Source: Candidatus Limnocylindria bacterium (lineage in GTDB: Bacteria; Chloroflexota; Limnocylindria; P2-11E). From it: a DNA stretch of 64,000 nucleotides. Where the stretch lies: the NCBI GenBank assembly GCA_041486085.1, contig JBGPKU010000007.1:14630-78629 (forward strand), in the 5' to 3' direction. Every line of letters begins with the position of its first letter. The first letter of the stretch is position 1. The notes below the pieces were generated by a model, which was given only the letters and a program-made list of their open reading frames with translations, was not told the origin of the DNA and made no database searches. The position numbers and the translations under genes were made by a program. Shown here in pieces: positions 63,236-64,000 of the stretch.

Positions 63236-64000
63236 ATGAACGAGTCGGGAGGCTTCATGAGCCGGTTCTTCTGGCCGAGGTACTCGCCCAACTTGATCCC
63301 CGCGAAGGTGGCCGCTTCCTCGACGGCACGGTCGGTGGGGGAGGGCATGCCGCCGCGATCCTCGACCGCACCGCGCCGTCCGGCCGGCTCTTCGGGCTCG
63401 ACGTCGATCCCATGGCGCTCGACGAGGCCCGCCGTGTCCTCGCGCGCTTCGGAGATCGCGCGGTACTCGTCCACGGGAACTTCGCGCTTTCCGACGTCCT
63501 GGCCCGCGAGCACGGGTTCGAGCAGATCGACGGTGGGCTACTCGACCTCGGCCTCTCGTCGATCCAGCTCGCGGACTCGCAGCGAGGCTTCAGCTTTCGC
63601 GCGCCGGGACCGCTCGACATGCGCGCCGACCCAAGACTTCCGCTCACGGCGGCAGACATCGTGAACAGCTGGGAAAAGGCCGCGCTCCGTGATGTCTTCA
63701 CGAGCTATGGAGAGGAGCCCGAAGCGGGTCGCATCGCCGCTGCGATCGTGCGACGCCGCTCGCGCGAGCCGTTCCTCACGGCGGACGACCTCGGGCGCTT
63801 CGTCTTCGGTGTAAAGCAAAAGCGCTCGCGGACGGTCGATCCGGCGACGCGTGTCTTTCAGGCGCTGCGCATCGCCGTCAACGACGAGCTGGCGAATCTG
63901 CGCCAGGGTCTTGTCGCTGCGCTCTCGATCCTGCGTCCGGGTGGCCGTCTTGCGGTCATCTCGTTCCACTCGCTCGAAGACCGGATGGTGAAGCAGTTCT
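63236..64000 (+). CDS. rsmH: 16S rRNA (cytosine1402-N4)-methyltransferase RsmH (3' end outside window; 5' frame break)
   Basis: From 63256 the frame reads 'HEPVLLAEVL...DGTVGGGGHA...LLDLGLSSIQL...GPLDMR...RVFQALRIAVNDEL...VISFHSLEDRMVKQF'. The only start (ATG 63236) sits in another frame, one base out of register (the RsmH frame is -1 relative to it). Confidence 0.8.

Noticed and set aside
63236-63664. 142-aa ORF starting at the ATG after mraZ
   Set aside because: Its product is Ser/Arg/Pro/Thr-rich and unrecognisable, whereas the adjacent frame encodes a textbook RsmH. I kept only the ATG as the probable true rsmH start, separated from the body by a 1-nt frame break.
1-64000. CRISPR arrays, IS elements or transposases, integrases, prophage blocks, rRNA
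   Set aside because: Reading both strands, I found no regularly spaced repeats other than those reported, and no transposase, integrase or phage structural motifs in any ORF translation. The only mobile-type gene seen is the LAGLIDADG endonuclease.

Overview
This is a gene-dense, high-GC bacterial chromosomal segment; G+C is judged by eye at about two-thirds or more and was not computed. I support about 70 protein-coding genes, one tRNA (anticodon CAT), an RNase P RNA, several intrinsic terminators and a few repeat or regulatory elements. I saw no rRNA, CRISPR array, transposase or integrase. Genes are tightly packed, and many junctions overlap by 1-11 nt (ATGA, GTGA, TTGA), which suggests translational coupling.

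Taxon cannot be fixed from sequence alone. F420-type LLM oxidoreductases, an actinobacterial-type 7Fe ferredoxin, an lmo0937-type peptide and a compact RNase P RNA point loosely to a Chloroflexota- or Actinomycetota-like organism.

Content in order:
- GGT fragment, VOC protein, class-V aminotransferase, CPBP protease
- Fe(III)/AfuA-type ABC importer
- secreted animal-haem-type peroxidase
- myo-inositol catabolism cluster (iolG / iolE-C-D-B) with HAD, an unknown protein and a class I aldolase
- 2-oxoacid dehydrogenase cluster (fused E1 alpha-beta, extra E1 beta, E2, lipA, lipB)
- GYD and DUF2203 proteins, a free-standing LAGLIDADG endonuclease gene with a frame break, a 7Fe ferredoxin, DUF309 and LLM oxidoreductase
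- NifU-like protein, dienelactone hydrolase
- VirB11-like ATPase + ChlI-like AAA+ + vWA module interrupted by a 238-bp palindrome
- amidase
- a seven-gene overlapping operon: MoaD/E, EVE, GlcDEF, membrane protein, LLM
- CNNM/hemolysin-family protein, parAB
- tRNA, threonine dehydratase, RNase H, kinase-like protein, rnpB
- CHRD, DinB, lmo0937
- structured leader plus an ABC-2 exporter operon carrying HEAT-like and GNAT genes
- M23 peptidase, prolyl oligopeptidase, fabH
- exosortase cassette
- mraZ and rsmH (start of the dcw cluster)

The most interesting leads are:
- a minimal exosortase / EpsI / single PEL-CTERM substrate cassette
- the uncharacterised three-gene ATPase-vWA module with its embedded giant palindrome
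- the frame-broken homing endonuclease
- the terminator-containing leader of the ABC-2 operon
- repeated copies of the tRNA 5' end upstream of the tRNA
- several conserved genes with no usable in-frame start codon
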